Position numbers and translations under genes: made by a program | Notes under the pieces: model-generated | What the model saw: only the letters and a program-made list of their open reading frames with translations | Databases searched by the model: none | What the model was told of the DNA's origin: nothing | Source: Promethearchaeota archaeon | GTDB lineage: Archaea > Asgardarchaeota > Lokiarchaeia > Sigyniarchaeales > SOKP01 | Length of the DNA: 64,000 nt | NCBI GenBank assembly: GCA_048939995.1 | Contig: JBHLOY010000001.1 | Span: forward strand, 430,449 to 494,448 | Direction of reading: 5' to 3' | Shown: positions 1-10,162 of the stretch, piece by piece | Numbering within the stretch: position 1 is the first letter of the stretch | Layout of the letters: the number at the start of each line of letters is the position of its first letter

Positions 1-530
1 TTTTGAAGATTATTTTCCTCAAACTCCTTGTTCAATAGAAAATCTGCTCCTGCCTTTGAAGAACCACATAATGATGATCTTTCTATATCAATTCTATTGA
101 TAACTCCACTATTATCTATACTGAAATGATAAATTGGACGACCAAAATATGTAGTAAATAAATCAACTTCAGAGATACCCGTATTATTCTCTAATGAACA
201 CATTGTAGGAGCATAAATAACATTAGGATTCACCTTTCTGGCTTGTAAATATAAACCTATTCCCGGAAGCACTCCTAAAATCACTGGTTTTTGGAGTTCA
301 ACAAGTTGAGTTATAATGTCAGGATGACGAACATATGAAATGTAAAGGTCACATTCAGGGATGTTTAGATCCAGCTCATCATCTAACATAATATTCGATG
401 GAATCTCTGGTACAAGTATCCATTTAGTTTCAAACTTTTTTTTTATGTTTTCAAATGCTCTATCCCCATATTTCCCATCAGAAACTACTCCAACCGTTAA
501 TTTTTCTTTTTTTTCCATTTTATATACCAT
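1..530 (-). CDS. DUF166-family protein (runs off window start)
   Basis: Translated by hand: MVYKMEKKEKLTVGVVSDGKYGDRAFENI...YVRHPDI...APTMCSLE...FGRP...RSSLCGSS. Start at ATG 530 or 518. Not in the ORF track because it is partial. Confidence 0.7.
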   Translation of the reverse strand, partial: MVYKMEKKEKLTVGVVSDGKYGDRAFENIKKKFETKWILVPEIPSNIMLDDELDLNIPECDLYISYVRHPDIITQLVELQKPVILGVLPGIGLYLQARKVNPNVIYAPTMCSLENNTGISEVDLFTTYFGRPIYHFSIDNSGVINRIDIERSSLCGSSKAGADFLLNKEFEENNLQ

Positions 531-704
531 TCATTATGGTTAGAGCTTAAGGTATAGAAAGAACCATTCAAATAAAAATGTTTCGATGTAAATTGATTTT
601 TTTCGATTTGGATAAAACTTTTATAATTTAATATCTTTATATATAATATAAATAGATTTTTGGTGGTTTTTATCAAGGTTAATCGGAGGACAACAATCAA
701 AGAA

Positions 705-1064
705 ATGCTATGTAGTTGCGAGGAAGGTTCTGATAGTGAAAAGTATTTTAAAAATTTAGAAAAATTAGGAGAAAACCTAAAATTAGATGACAAGATCAAT
801 TCTACATTAATATTTTTAAATGCTTTAGGAAATAAAGAACGATTAACTATTATTAACGCCTTGAAAGAAAAAGATCGTTGTGTATGTGAATTAGAAGTTA
901 TTTTAGACAAATCTCAACCTTCCATATCTCATCATCTAAGAGAATTAGAAAAAGCTAACTTGATTCGAGGGTGGAAAAAAGGGAAATTTACATATTATAG
1001 TCTTTTAGAAAATAATTTTAAGGAGCAATTAGAAAATTTCTATCATGAATATAGGCTTGGATAA
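705..1064 (+). CDS. ArsR/SmtB family transcriptional regulator
   Basis: ALGNKERLTII...CVCELE...SQPSISHHLRELEKANLI...GKFTYYSL winged HTH. ATG 705 preferred over 660. Confidence 0.9.
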   Translation: MLCSCEEGSDSEKYFKNLEKLGENLKLDDKINSTLIFLNALGNKERLTIINALKEKDRCVCELEVILDKSQPSISHHLRELEKANLIRGWKKGKFTYYSLLENNFKEQLENFYHEYRLG

Positions 1065-1261
1065 ATAATCCGTCGATAATCATGGTGTAGAAGGTTGAAA
1101 ATATGATGAATTAAATTCTTTCTTTTTGAATTAGTCATAATTAGACATAATTTCGATGACCTTACATATGAGATTTTTTTGTCGAAATAAGGTTCACCGC
1201 TAAATATTTATGTATAAATTCCCATGTAGATAATGTTTATTATTTTAAGATTGAGATTATT

Positions 1262-2498
1262 AATGAAGCGTTCAGAAAATGGAGCAAATGAAAAAAAATA
1301 TTATCGGGTAATTCTACCTTCGGATTTTCAAATTGAGAAAGAGGATATTTTTTATCGCGATAAGTATAATGATATTATGAATTATTTTAAAGTTTTACTA
1401 ACTAGTGACGAGTATTCAGAAATTCAACAATATGTACAACCAAAAGGATTAATTCTTCTCAATATCCATCCTAGTACAGATATTTTAGACTTCTTGAGAT
1501 TAATCTCAAAGAATTACTTTTTAGATCTTATAGAGTTAGATTATTTTGAAATTTTGAAATCACCTTTAAAATTTCTTAATAGATTCGATCTAATCTTTCA
1601 AAATATAGTTGATGAGACTAAACATAAAGATGAACTTCAGAATGATTCTAAAAGCTATTTGGATAGCTATGAGAAGATTAAACCAAACAGATTGATATTG
1701 ATAAATGAATCTGAATTGCCAGAAAATTTACTTAATGAGCAAAATTTACTGAATTTCTTCTTAGCTTATTATAAAAGTTACAAACCAGAATATATAAAAA
1801 ATGGAATTATATTAGTATGGTTAAATGAACGCCTAGATGGTATAAATTTAAATTTTGTCTACCAAATTTTCGATCAATTAATTAAAGTTCCCCATTTAAG
1901 CATTGCAGAAAAGGAAGTATATCTAAGGAGCTATTCTGAAAAGAACCCTAGAATTGTATTTGATATAAATACAGTGATCAGTTATACTAAAGATTGGGAA
2001 ATTTTAGATATTAGAAATCTGTTAAAATTAGCCATTTTTAAGCAGTTCCTTAATTTTGAGCTAAATAAAACTTCTAATGAAATAACAGATATTATTATAA
2101 ATTTAATCGATTCAGGCGAATTTAAACCAGCAACTTTTTGCAATAATCAATTAACTCCAGATAAGGATTTAAGCAGAGAATCAATATTTATGAAAAAAGG
2201 CTTCAAAAATAAGGAAATGAACCTTAACGAGTTACAATCTATAATGAATGATATTCAAACTCAACCTATTTCTGAATTCATGTTAAGCCAATTATATGAA
2301 AATGCGGCTTTTAAAAATTATACAGAACTGGTCATAATTATCGATAAATTAAATAAAAACGAAGTACTTGAAGAAAACGAGAGAAGATTACTTGCTAATT
2401 ATCCTTTCATCTTAAATGATCCTCCAAATAGAGCCCAGATTCACTTAGAGAAGGCAAAAAAAAAAGTTGACCATATAAGACAGAGTTTTAGCAGATAA
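1262..2498 (+). CDS. Degenerate (probably catalytically inactive) AAA+ domain protein
   Basis: QPKGLILL precedes a destroyed Walker A. FDQLIKVPHLSIAEKEVYL...DINTVISYTKDWEILDIRNLLKLA resembles the classic-AAA lid (FDRxIxxPxPD...GADI). Confidence 0.6.
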
Positions 2499-2517
2499 AT
2501 AAAGAGGGGTTTCCACG

Positions 2518-5500
2518 ATTTCTATCGAAGCAGAAAGTATTTATTTAAAAAAGGTGATTCTTGAGAACTTCTTGAGTTTTCAAAGAGATGAAATAAATTT
2601 CGAGGATTCCAAATTCGTTATAATAATTGGACCTAATTGGTCGGGAAAAACGTCAATTTTTCAGGCGATTAAATTTGCTCTAGGAAGTAATGAAAGAGAT
2701 GAAAGATATAAAAAATGGTCTGATTTTATAAGGAATGGGCAAGACCATGCGATGGTTGAAGTTCATATACTAAATAATGAAGAATTAATCAAAATAAGGA
2801 GAACGGTGGTTAGAGGACAATCCCCGTTTTTTGAGATTGAAAGAATTACTAGTAAGGGCTTTCAAAGAGTTAATGCAAATGATATACAAGATTTAATTTC
2901 TAATTTAAGTATAAATCCTGATAATCAATTTGCTTTTGTAAGTCAAGGAAAAATTGATGTGATTAAAAGTTTAAAACCCATTGAACTTTGCGCTTTTTTA
3001 GAAGAGGGAATTGGATTGAAAGGGCTTAGGGAAGAAATTTTACTTCAAAAAAGAGGTATTTTTAGTCTAAATAGAGAATTTCAATCTATCTTGAGTCGTC
3101 GAAATACCCTAAATATTAATCTTAATCTTTTACAGCCTAAAATCCAACGCTTAAAAGAAAAACAAAAGCTTCTTGAGAGAAAGAAACGTTTTACAGATGA
3201 GTTATTATATGCAAACAGACAAAAGTTAGAAGATAACATAAGCCATTTAAGAGAAAAATTAAAAGAACAACAAGTATCTATTAGTGAGATCAAAAAGGTT
3301 ACTGAAAATTATCGAACTGTGCTTTCAGAAAAGCAATCAAAACTGAATGAGATTGAAGAAAATATCAACGAGTTTTCAGAGGAGTTAGGTCAATTAACTT
3401 ATAAAAAAAAAAGTCTAATAGAAAAAATTCAAATTTGGGAAAAAGAAAAAGTATTAGCCAAAAAGGAATTAGATGATCTAAATTTAAACGTTTTAAATCT
3501 TGAAAAAATTGTTAAAAATATTGAGAGTCAAAGGAATAAATTAGTCAGTGAGGTTAATTTAATTCAGAAAGAAATTTACTCTTTGAGGGGAAATATTGAC
3601 AAATTAATAAAAGAACAGAATACATTAACAAAAAAATTGAAGCAAAATGAAGATTTTTTAAAGGATTATCATAATTTAACTTCTAAAAAAGGAGATTATA
3701 GCAAGAAGATTGAAGATAATAAAAAACAGATAAAGGATATCAATTCAGAAATCAATGAGATTTTCCAGAGTTTTAAAGATATTGAACATAGATTAGAAAA
3801 GAATAAATGGTTTCTTGAAAATCCTACTTCTGATTTACTTTTACATCTTGATGGGGAAATTAGAAACTACTCCAAAGACCTTTTCGAATTAGGGAAAGAA
3901 TTAACTAATTTGCAATTCAAAAGAACTAACTTATTAGAGAGTTTTAAGAATCTACAAGTCTCCTTAAGAGAGCGAAAAGTGATTTTTCCGTCGAGTATTA
4001 ATATTTTAAAAGAAGAAATTGAAAGAAGGGAGTTAACCAATCAAGTAAAGGGGCCAATAATTGAATTCTTGCAGTATGATGATGAGCTAAGTTATGCAAT
4101 CGAATCGGTTTTGGGCGAAAGATTGTTATATAGTTTCGTTGTTAACGAATGGGATATTTTAAATCTCTTAAATAAAATAAAAAACAAATATAATGCCTAT
4201 TGTAATATTTACATAACTAAGAGTCTTGAAATTCGCCCTTTACCTCAATTTTCTGCTGATAATGTTATTGGTTATTTAGTAGAATTAATAAGAGTAGCTA
4301 ATAATGATAAAGATATTCTAAAAGTTATATATTCTAAAGTAAGGAATTGCTTAGTAGTTAAGGACTACCATTCAGCAATCCAAATCTATAAGAATTATAA
4401 TTTTAGGGGAAAATGTGTGACTTTAAAGGGAGAGCAGTTAATATCTTATAACTATGTATATGAAACTCCTTTTCAAAAGCGTCTAAAGGGTTTACTAAGT
4501 GCTAGTACTTTAAAAGAAAAACTAACTAAATTAGAGACTGAGATAGAAGCTATAAATAAAAGAATTTTTGAGTTAAGAGCTGAATACTCTACGATTGACC
4601 AAAATCAGAAAGATCTATACGAAAGAAAAGAATCATTTAACGATTTACTATATAACTTTAATCAAAAGCAGAGATTGACCTCAAAAAAGAATCAACTCTA
4701 TGAGCTTACGCATAATCTTGAGAATGATATTTTAGAACTCCAAAATAAAATCATTGAAATAGAGAACCAGATTCAGATTCTAGAGTCCCAGAGAGATCCG
4801 GAGATTTTTAAATTAAATGACAGAATTGAAGAGATACCGGACGAATTACATCTCTACAATGAAGATTTAAAAAAATGGGATAAAAAATTGAATTCTAATA
4901 TGCAACAGGAACAAGAGATCAATGAAAAACAAGCAACTCAAAAAAAAAAATTGATGGATTTAAAACAAGATTATGATATGAAAAAGCAAAAGTTTCAAAA
5001 CTCAGATAAGAAAGCTTTTTCAATATATAAGAAGCTGGAATCAATTGAGGATGAAATAGATGAAATAGAAAATAATATCTCAAAATCAAAGGACCAAAAG
5101 TTAGAGATCCAACAAGAAAAAACAGAAGTTGAAAAGGAACACATAGAGATAAAAATAAAACTAGAACAAGAATTACTAAAAAAAGTTGGCATTGAACAAG
5201 AGTTATCATCTAATGAAAAAGATTTAGAAAGAATAAATTCTGAGATAAGTGTTTTGGTATCTAATAAGGAAATTAAAATACGTCCTATTAATGATATTAG
5301 AGAAGATATTCTAATAATAGATAAAACCCTGTTAAAATATTTAGATGTGGATGACTCGATCCTAATTGAAAAGGCTCAAATACTATCCAGTATGAAAGAG
5401 ATTGCGAAACATCAAAAAAGTCTAGAAAAAGATATAAAATCGGCTATTAAAACCGAGAATAAACTGGAAGAAACATATTTTAATAAATTTAAGGGAACTT

Positions 5501-5952
5501 TAAATGATTTGGAATTAAAAATCAACCAAAAATTTGAATCTGCTAATATAAAATCCTATTGTTCCCTTAATTTAATCGGCAATTTTGAAGATTTAGGAAT
5601 AGATATTAAGGCTGCAACTACAAAAGAACAATTAAAATCTTTTAAGGCACTTAGCGGAGGTCAAATTTCAATGATTTCAATTTGCCTAATTCTTTCACTT
5701 CAGGAAATTAAACCATCACCGCTTTGTATGTTTGATGAGGCAGGTATGTTTTTAGATGACAAAAATTCAGAAGCATCCTATCAAATGATTAAGGCTACAC
5801 TTGAGCAAAATCCAGTACAACTACTCATGTTTTTACCCAAGTCGTCAAACAATTTATATTTATTAGCTGATAAGTTAATTGGAGTAGCGAGGATTGGTAA
5901 AAAAGAAGTTTCTACAATTTTTAAACCAAAAATTTTAAAAGAAAAAATATGA
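2518..5952 (+). CDS. smc: SMC ATPase, SMC5/6-like
   Basis: Walker A GPNWSGKT, Q-loop VSQG, coiled coils, hinge (VKGPIIEF...AIESVLG), signature LSGGQ, Walker B MFDEAG. The frame extends upstream of GTG 2554 (IYLKKVILENF); probable ATT start at 2518 after GAGGGG. Confidence 0.92.
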   Translation: MSIEAESIYLKKVILENFLSFQRDEINFEDSKFVIIIGPNWSGKTSIFQAIKFALGSNERDERYKKWSDFIRNGQDHAMVEVHILNNEELIKIRRTVVRGQSPFFEIERITSKGFQRVNANDIQDLISNLSINPDNQFAFVSQGKIDVIKSLKPIELCAFLEEGIGLKGLREEILLQKRGIFSLNREFQSILSRRNTLNINLNLLQPKIQRLKEKQKLLERKKRFTDELLYANRQKLEDNISHLREKLKEQQVSISEIKKVTENYRTVLSEKQSKLNEIEENINEFSEELGQLTYKKKSLIEKIQIWEKEKVLAKKELDDLNLNVLNLEKIVKNIESQRNKLVSEVNLIQKEIYSLRGNIDKLIKEQNTLTKKLKQNEDFLKDYHNLTSKKGDYSKKIEDNKKQIKDINSEINEIFQSFKDIEHRLEKNKWFLENPTSDLLLHLDGEIRNYSKDLFELGKELTNLQFKRTNLLESFKNLQVSLRERKVIFPSSINILKEEIERRELTNQVKGPIIEFLQYDDELSYAIESVLGERLLYSFVVNEWDILNLLNKIKNKYNAYCNIYITKSLEIRPLPQFSADNVIGYLVELIRVANNDKDILKVIYSKVRNCLVVKDYHSAIQIYKNYNFRGKCVTLKGEQLISYNYVYETPFQKRLKGLLSASTLKEKLTKLETEIEAINKRIFELRAEYSTIDQNQKDLYERKESFNDLLYNFNQKQRLTSKKNQLYELTHNLENDILELQNKIIEIENQIQILESQRDPEIFKLNDRIEEIPDELHLYNEDLKKWDKKLNSNMQQEQEINEKQATQKKKLMDLKQDYDMKKQKFQNSDKKAFSIYKKLESIEDEIDEIENNISKSKDQKLEIQQEKTEVEKEHIEIKIKLEQELLKKVGIEQELSSNEKDLERINSEISVLVSNKEIKIRPINDIREDILIIDKTLLKYLDVDDSILIEKAQILSSMKEIAKHQKSLEKDIKSAIKTENKLEETYFNKFKGTLNDLELKINQKFESANIKSYCSLNLIGNFEDLGIDIKAATTKEQLKSFKALSGGQISMISICLILSLQEIKPSPLCMFDEAGMFLDDKNSEASYQMIKATLEQNPVQLLMFLPKSSNNLYLLADKLIGVARIGKKEVSTIFKPKILKEKI

Positions 5953-6599
5953 TTGATTTTGTAAGTTATTACGAAGAAATTAACCGAAAGATCGAAAAGC
6001 TAAAAATGGAAATGCTATCAGGAAAGCTTAGCCTATTAAGTTTTGAACTTGATCCAATTTTTCAAGACCTCAAAGATTCTCTTAATACCTATAACATTGA
6101 TAATTATTCTGCATTATACAAAGAAGCTTGTTTCCTCTTAAACCAAAAGTTTGAAGAACTTAAATCATTTCTTAAACTTTTAGAAAATGACAAACTCTTT
6201 TTTAATTTCTTAGATTTAAATCCTAGTGATCAAGATATTTCTTTATTATTCAATGGTTGCTGGAGGATGATTTTTAATATTGAAACAATCTCCACTAACT
6301 TTTTGGCAGAAAGTGATAAAAAGTATTCCAAAGAACGGAATAAGATAATACAGGTTGAGCATTTAAAACGTCAGAAAGTAAATTCTGAATTTTTATTAGA
6401 AATTGCTCACCATAATTTTACTGAGAAGATGTCTCTTTATTTTGAAAAAATTAAGTCAAAATTGCCATGCAAATTTGAAGATATCTTCGAGAATGATAAA
6501 GATCAAGGGGAAATATTTGAAAATTTTGTATATTTATTACATCTTCTTCAATTAAATAAAATAAAGTATCAAAAAGAAACTGAAAGTTTATATATGTGA
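5949..6599 (+). CDS. scpA: Kleisin (ScpA/Nse4-like)
   Basis: Overlaps the smc stop (ATGA). N-terminal helical region plus C-terminal winged helix KFEDIF...EIFENFVYLLHLLQLNKI. Confidence 0.75.
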   Translation: MIDFVSYYEEINRKIEKLKMEMLSGKLSLLSFELDPIFQDLKDSLNTYNIDNYSALYKEACFLLNQKFEELKSFLKLLENDKLFFNFLDLNPSDQDISLLFNGCWRMIFNIETISTNFLAESDKKYSKERNKIIQVEHLKRQKVNSEFLLEIAHHNFTEKMSLYFEKIKSKLPCKFEDIFENDKDQGEIFENFVYLLHLLQLNKIKYQKETESLYM

Positions 6600-6611
6600 G
6601 GAGAATTTAAG

Positions 6612-7142
6612 ATGAATGAAATTTCAATTTTAATGCATCTTTTAAGTAGAAGAGATGATTTATCTTGCATTGGAGCGACTGAAGAACAAGTATTAGAAGC
6701 ATTGAATATAACTTATAAAAATAAAACACTGCACTTTCAACGTCTTATTACCGAATTATCTAAAATTATTGCCCCATTAGGAATTGAAATTAAATTTAAT
6801 CCTTTAAATGCTCATTGGTTTATAACATTTGAGCCTGAAATCTCCGATATTATAAATTCGAACCCCTTTGGAACACATCCTAGTTTGGGAGCAACCCTAT
6901 TTTGTATTTTAGCATGCTGTTTGAAGAATTCAGGGTTCTCAACAATTCAAGAAATTCATAAAATAAGAAAAAAGAAAACTGTTATAAAAGACATCAAACA
7001 GTTGGAAGAAAAAGGATATATTACATATAATAAGGAAGAGAATCGCATTTCTCTAACTCCGCTAATAGGATATCATTTAGATCTAGATAAATTATTTTTA
7101 AGGTTATCTATTGAACTAAATGAAAAAGAAAAGAAAAATTAA
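6612..7142 (+). CDS. KITE protein (ScpB/Nse1-like tandem winged helix)
   Basis: Follows the kleisin after SD GAGGAG. LITELSKIIAPLGIEIKFN...WFI and IKQLEEKGYI...ISLTP winged-helix patterns. Confidence 0.7.
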   Translation: MNEISILMHLLSRRDDLSCIGATEEQVLEALNITYKNKTLHFQRLITELSKIIAPLGIEIKFNPLNAHWFITFEPEISDIINSNPFGTHPSLGATLFCILACCLKNSGFSTIQEIHKIRKKKTVIKDIKQLEEKGYITYNKEENRISLTPLIGYHLDLDKLFLRLSIELNEKEKKN

Positions 7143-7153
7143 CGATGAGTCGT

Positions 7154-7789
7154 TTAAAGTGAAGTAGTGATTTTAAGAATCATTTCTGCTACTCGATTAT
7201 TATATTTTTCAACTTCGTCAAAGTTATCAACAGTTTCACCACAAGTAACAAATACATCTTGGATTGTTATTTTTCTTTTAGTAAAAAAATCACTGACTTT
7301 CTTTGTTAACTTCTCAATTTCTTTTTCTTTATCTCCTTTTAATAAATCTATCTTGTTTATACATAAATAGATTTTTTCAGGAAAAAATCTTACGTCATTA
7401 AAGAATTCAAATTGTCTATCTAAATCTCTATCTAAAGAGAAGACTGCAATAATTTGAGTCGCTATACGAGAAATTGTGATAATCCCCATTTTCACAACCG
7501 CGCGGCTACGGTCTCCCCCTGGAGCAAAGATTGTATGAGCTTTACCAGAAGCATCTTCTCTAAATACTACTCTATTGGGATGAATAGTTTTTGTTTCTTT
7601 TTCATCAAGAGTGTCAGCCTTATTTCCTCTAGGCACAGTTGCCTCACCAGAGAAATCTGTCTTTACAACTGAAGCTTTCAATCCTCCCTCAACGTTTTCA
7701 ATATCTCCACGATTAAGATATCGAACGAACAAACGCAAGATAGAGGTTTTACCGACACTTATATCTCCTAGTAATCCAATATTCACCAT
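7154..7789 (-). CDS. Atypical small GTPase (Ras-like superfamily)
   Basis: G1 GDISVGKT, G4 NKID. G3 reads FAPGG (no Asp). Confidence 0.8.
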   Translation of the reverse strand: MVNIGLLGDISVGKTSILRLFVRYLNRGDIENVEGGLKASVVKTDFSGEATVPRGNKADTLDEKETKTIHPNRVVFREDASGKAHTIFAPGGDRSRAVVKMGIITISRIATQIIAVFSLDRDLDRQFEFFNDVRFFPEKIYLCINKIDLLKGDKEKEIEKLTKKVSDFFTKRKITIQDVFVTCGETVDNFDEVEKYNNRVAEMILKITTSL

Positions 7790-8601
7790 TATACTTCACC
7801 TTCCAATAATTTATTTAATAGTAATTCATAGTCAGGGATTAAGAATTGTTCCAAATATGCATTATTGTGGGCTTCAATCAAAGCTATTAGCACTTCTTTT
7901 AAATTCTTAGCACTTTCAGCATACTTCAAAAGATTTTCTGAAGAAGGATCACTATTGAAATCTCTTGCTTTTTCTTCAAATCCAAAATTAGAGCGATCAG
8001 GCAGAGAATCAAAAAATCCAAAAGCAGAATATCCTTGATATTGAAAAAACACAAAAAATCTTGTTTTAATTGATGAGATTACTTTAGTTAAATAAGCAGA
8101 AGGATATATTTCGCCTAAAATTAGCTCATCATCTTGTTCAATAACGAAATAAGGTGAGATAGGAGAAACTTGATTTCCATACATTTCTTTTGGTGGTAAT
8201 GATATAAATGGTAACTTTTCGGAAACTATAGTCCATAGATCTTCACGACGTTTTTCCATTAAAATATCTTTAATTTCATCATAGGCAAAATAGAAATCTG
8301 ATTGTAAAGCTAATAATGAGCTTAAATATACTGATAAAGAAGCAAAAGTAGCTTCCAACAGAGGTCTTCTACCTTCATCTGATTCGGAAGGCTTAACTGC
8401 GCCTTTCCAAGCACGAAGTCCAGTGTATACAAATCCTTTAATATCGAAAAAGCTTCCGGATAGAAATATAAATGAAGGAACAAATCCTTGTTCTTTCGTT
8501 AATAAATCTCGTGACTTATTGATTAATGATGTTTCTAATTTGTCATCGTTAAATTTTGAGTGAACTACTGGCATTATAAGCCATTTCTTTTTTTTCGCCA
8601 A
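7789..8601 (-). CDS. Hypothetical protein translationally coupled to the GTPase
   Basis: 270-aa ORF with a 1-nt stop/start overlap (TAATG). Confidence 0.7.
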   Translation of the reverse strand: MAKKKKWLIMPVVHSKFNDDKLETSLINKSRDLLTKEQGFVPSFIFLSGSFFDIKGFVYTGLRAWKGAVKPSESDEGRRPLLEATFASLSVYLSSLLALQSDFYFAYDEIKDILMEKRREDLWTIVSEKLPFISLPPKEMYGNQVSPISPYFVIEQDDELILGEIYPSAYLTKVISSIKTRFFVFFQYQGYSAFGFFDSLPDRSNFGFEEKARDFNSDPSSENLLKYAESAKNLKEVLIALIEAHNNAYLEQFLIPDYELLLNKLLEGEV

Positions 8602-8774
8602 CCTTATAGCACAACTCTTGTTTTAATTAGGATTGTTATAATTGCTGAATTAATATTTTAATCTATATTTATTAAACAATATATTATCATAATATAATTT
8701 TTTGCAAATGTAGCATATAGAGAATTAAGTTTTTGTAATAATTTTAATTTCAAATTAATTTGAAATTTTGACTA

Positions 8775-9497
8775 TTAGAGAGGTCTATTTAATTTTCTTT
8801 TCCTTATAAAATAAAACACAAAAATTACTATGATTATCACTGCTGCAAATATAAAGATTTCAAAAGGAAAACCTTCAGTAGTTTCCCTAACTGGAGAAAA
8901 TGAATCTGGGGCAGCATCTAGGTAAATATAATTCCCATCATAGGAGGATGATAACACAAACCAGGTAGTATTTTCATTAATTGTAAATGCTAGCTGAGGG
9001 ATTATGGCTTCAATTGTATAATCTGAAAATGAGCCAACACTATCAGCCGAATTATTAAATGGAGTCCAATCATTAATAGTATTATTCCAAAATTCAAAAT
9101 CATATTCATCTCCGTTAAGAATATATTTAACTAATATCACCTTAAATCCTGTGCCAGTAAAATTAGAATAATGTACTCCATACTCAAATATTAAGTTATC
9201 TGGATTATAATTTTCAAAGAAATATATATTACATTCCATATTATATCCACTTATATTTCCTAAGAAAGTAACATTGCTATATTGGCTCGTAATATTTAGA
9301 GCAATATTAGTAATATCAAGCTGAGGATGGGTACTAACTTTCTCAACTTTTTGATTTAACGTATCTATTCTAAGTACATCGTTTTCAGGGTCAATATAAC
9401 TACCTATAGTTGCTTTAGCTTTGGGAGATTGATATAATACTAAAATAAACACAATAAAGTAAACTAAAATCATTAAATAAGCTTTTCTTTTCCCCAT
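8775..9497 (-). CDS. Secreted/cell-surface protein with C-terminal membrane anchor
   Basis: N-terminal signal-like helix, many NxS/T sequons, C-terminal TM followed by RKRK. Confidence 0.75.
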   Translation of the reverse strand: MGKRKAYLMILVYFIVFILVLYQSPKAKATIGSYIDPENDVLRIDTLNQKVEKVSTHPQLDITNIALNITSQYSNVTFLGNISGYNMECNIYFFENYNPDNLIFEYGVHYSNFTGTGFKVILVKYILNGDEYDFEFWNNTINDWTPFNNSADSVGSFSDYTIEAIIPQLAFTINENTTWFVLSSSYDGNYIYLDAAPDSFSPVRETTEGFPFEIFIFAAVIIIVIFVFYFIRKRKLNRPL

Positions 9498-9498
9498 T

Positions 9499-10083
9499 TT
9501 AATGCTCACTTGCTAATAATTTTCTGATTTTTTCTGTAATTAGATCATAATCTTCAATTGAATTTAAGTTAGAAATATGGATATATTCTATCTTATCAGT
9601 GTTTTTATAAAAATTATAATTCACACTTAAATTTGGATACCGTTCTTTAATTTTTATTAAGGCACCTTTTAAGAAAAGATTGATAAAATCTTCAGAAGTT
9701 TCTTTTATATCCCTTATTTCTGGATCAATGAATTTGATTTCAAGTCTTTTGAAATCATAGAAATTGAGTACACAGAGCAGGTCTTTTTCATCTGCAGAAA
9801 AGATTTTTCGCTTAATATTGGTACCCTTAAACTTTTCTTCTGAGATTCCTTCTTTAAAATATTCTTCACTTAATAATTTAGCATATATCTCATCAGCGCT
9901 TGTAAAAGACTGATTAGAGATTATTGAATTCAGATGATTCAGAATTTCATGAATTTCTTTTATTTCCAACTGTAAATCTTCTAATTGTTCTTGCTTCTTA
10001 ACATATATATTTTGAAGTAATGATAGAACTTTTGTTAATTTCTCTGTCTCCTTGTCATCATCTGTAAAATCCATCGTGTTCAT
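9499..10083 (-). CDS. Hypothetical protein with N-terminal coiled coil
   Basis: 194-aa ORF with heptad-rich N-terminus. Confidence 0.7.
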   Translation of the reverse strand: MNTMDFTDDDKETEKLTKVLSLLQNIYVKKQEQLEDLQLEIKEIHEILNHLNSIISNQSFTSADEIYAKLLSEEYFKEGISEEKFKGTNIKRKIFSADEKDLLCVLNFYDFKRLEIKFIDPEIRDIKETSEDFINLFLKGALIKIKERYPNLSVNYNFYKNTDKIEYIHISNLNSIEDYDLITEKIRKLLASEH

Positions 10084-10162
10084 ATAAATATAAAAATTAA
10101 ATAAATTTATTTATTTATTTAGTGCTAGTTGTATTAAGTAATTTTTTTCAGAGGGAATTAAA

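Noticed and set aside
1262-7142. Wadjet (JetABCD) defence system
   Set aside because: No JetD/TOPRIM nuclease is adjacent, the gene order differs, and the head motifs are not MukB/JetC-like.
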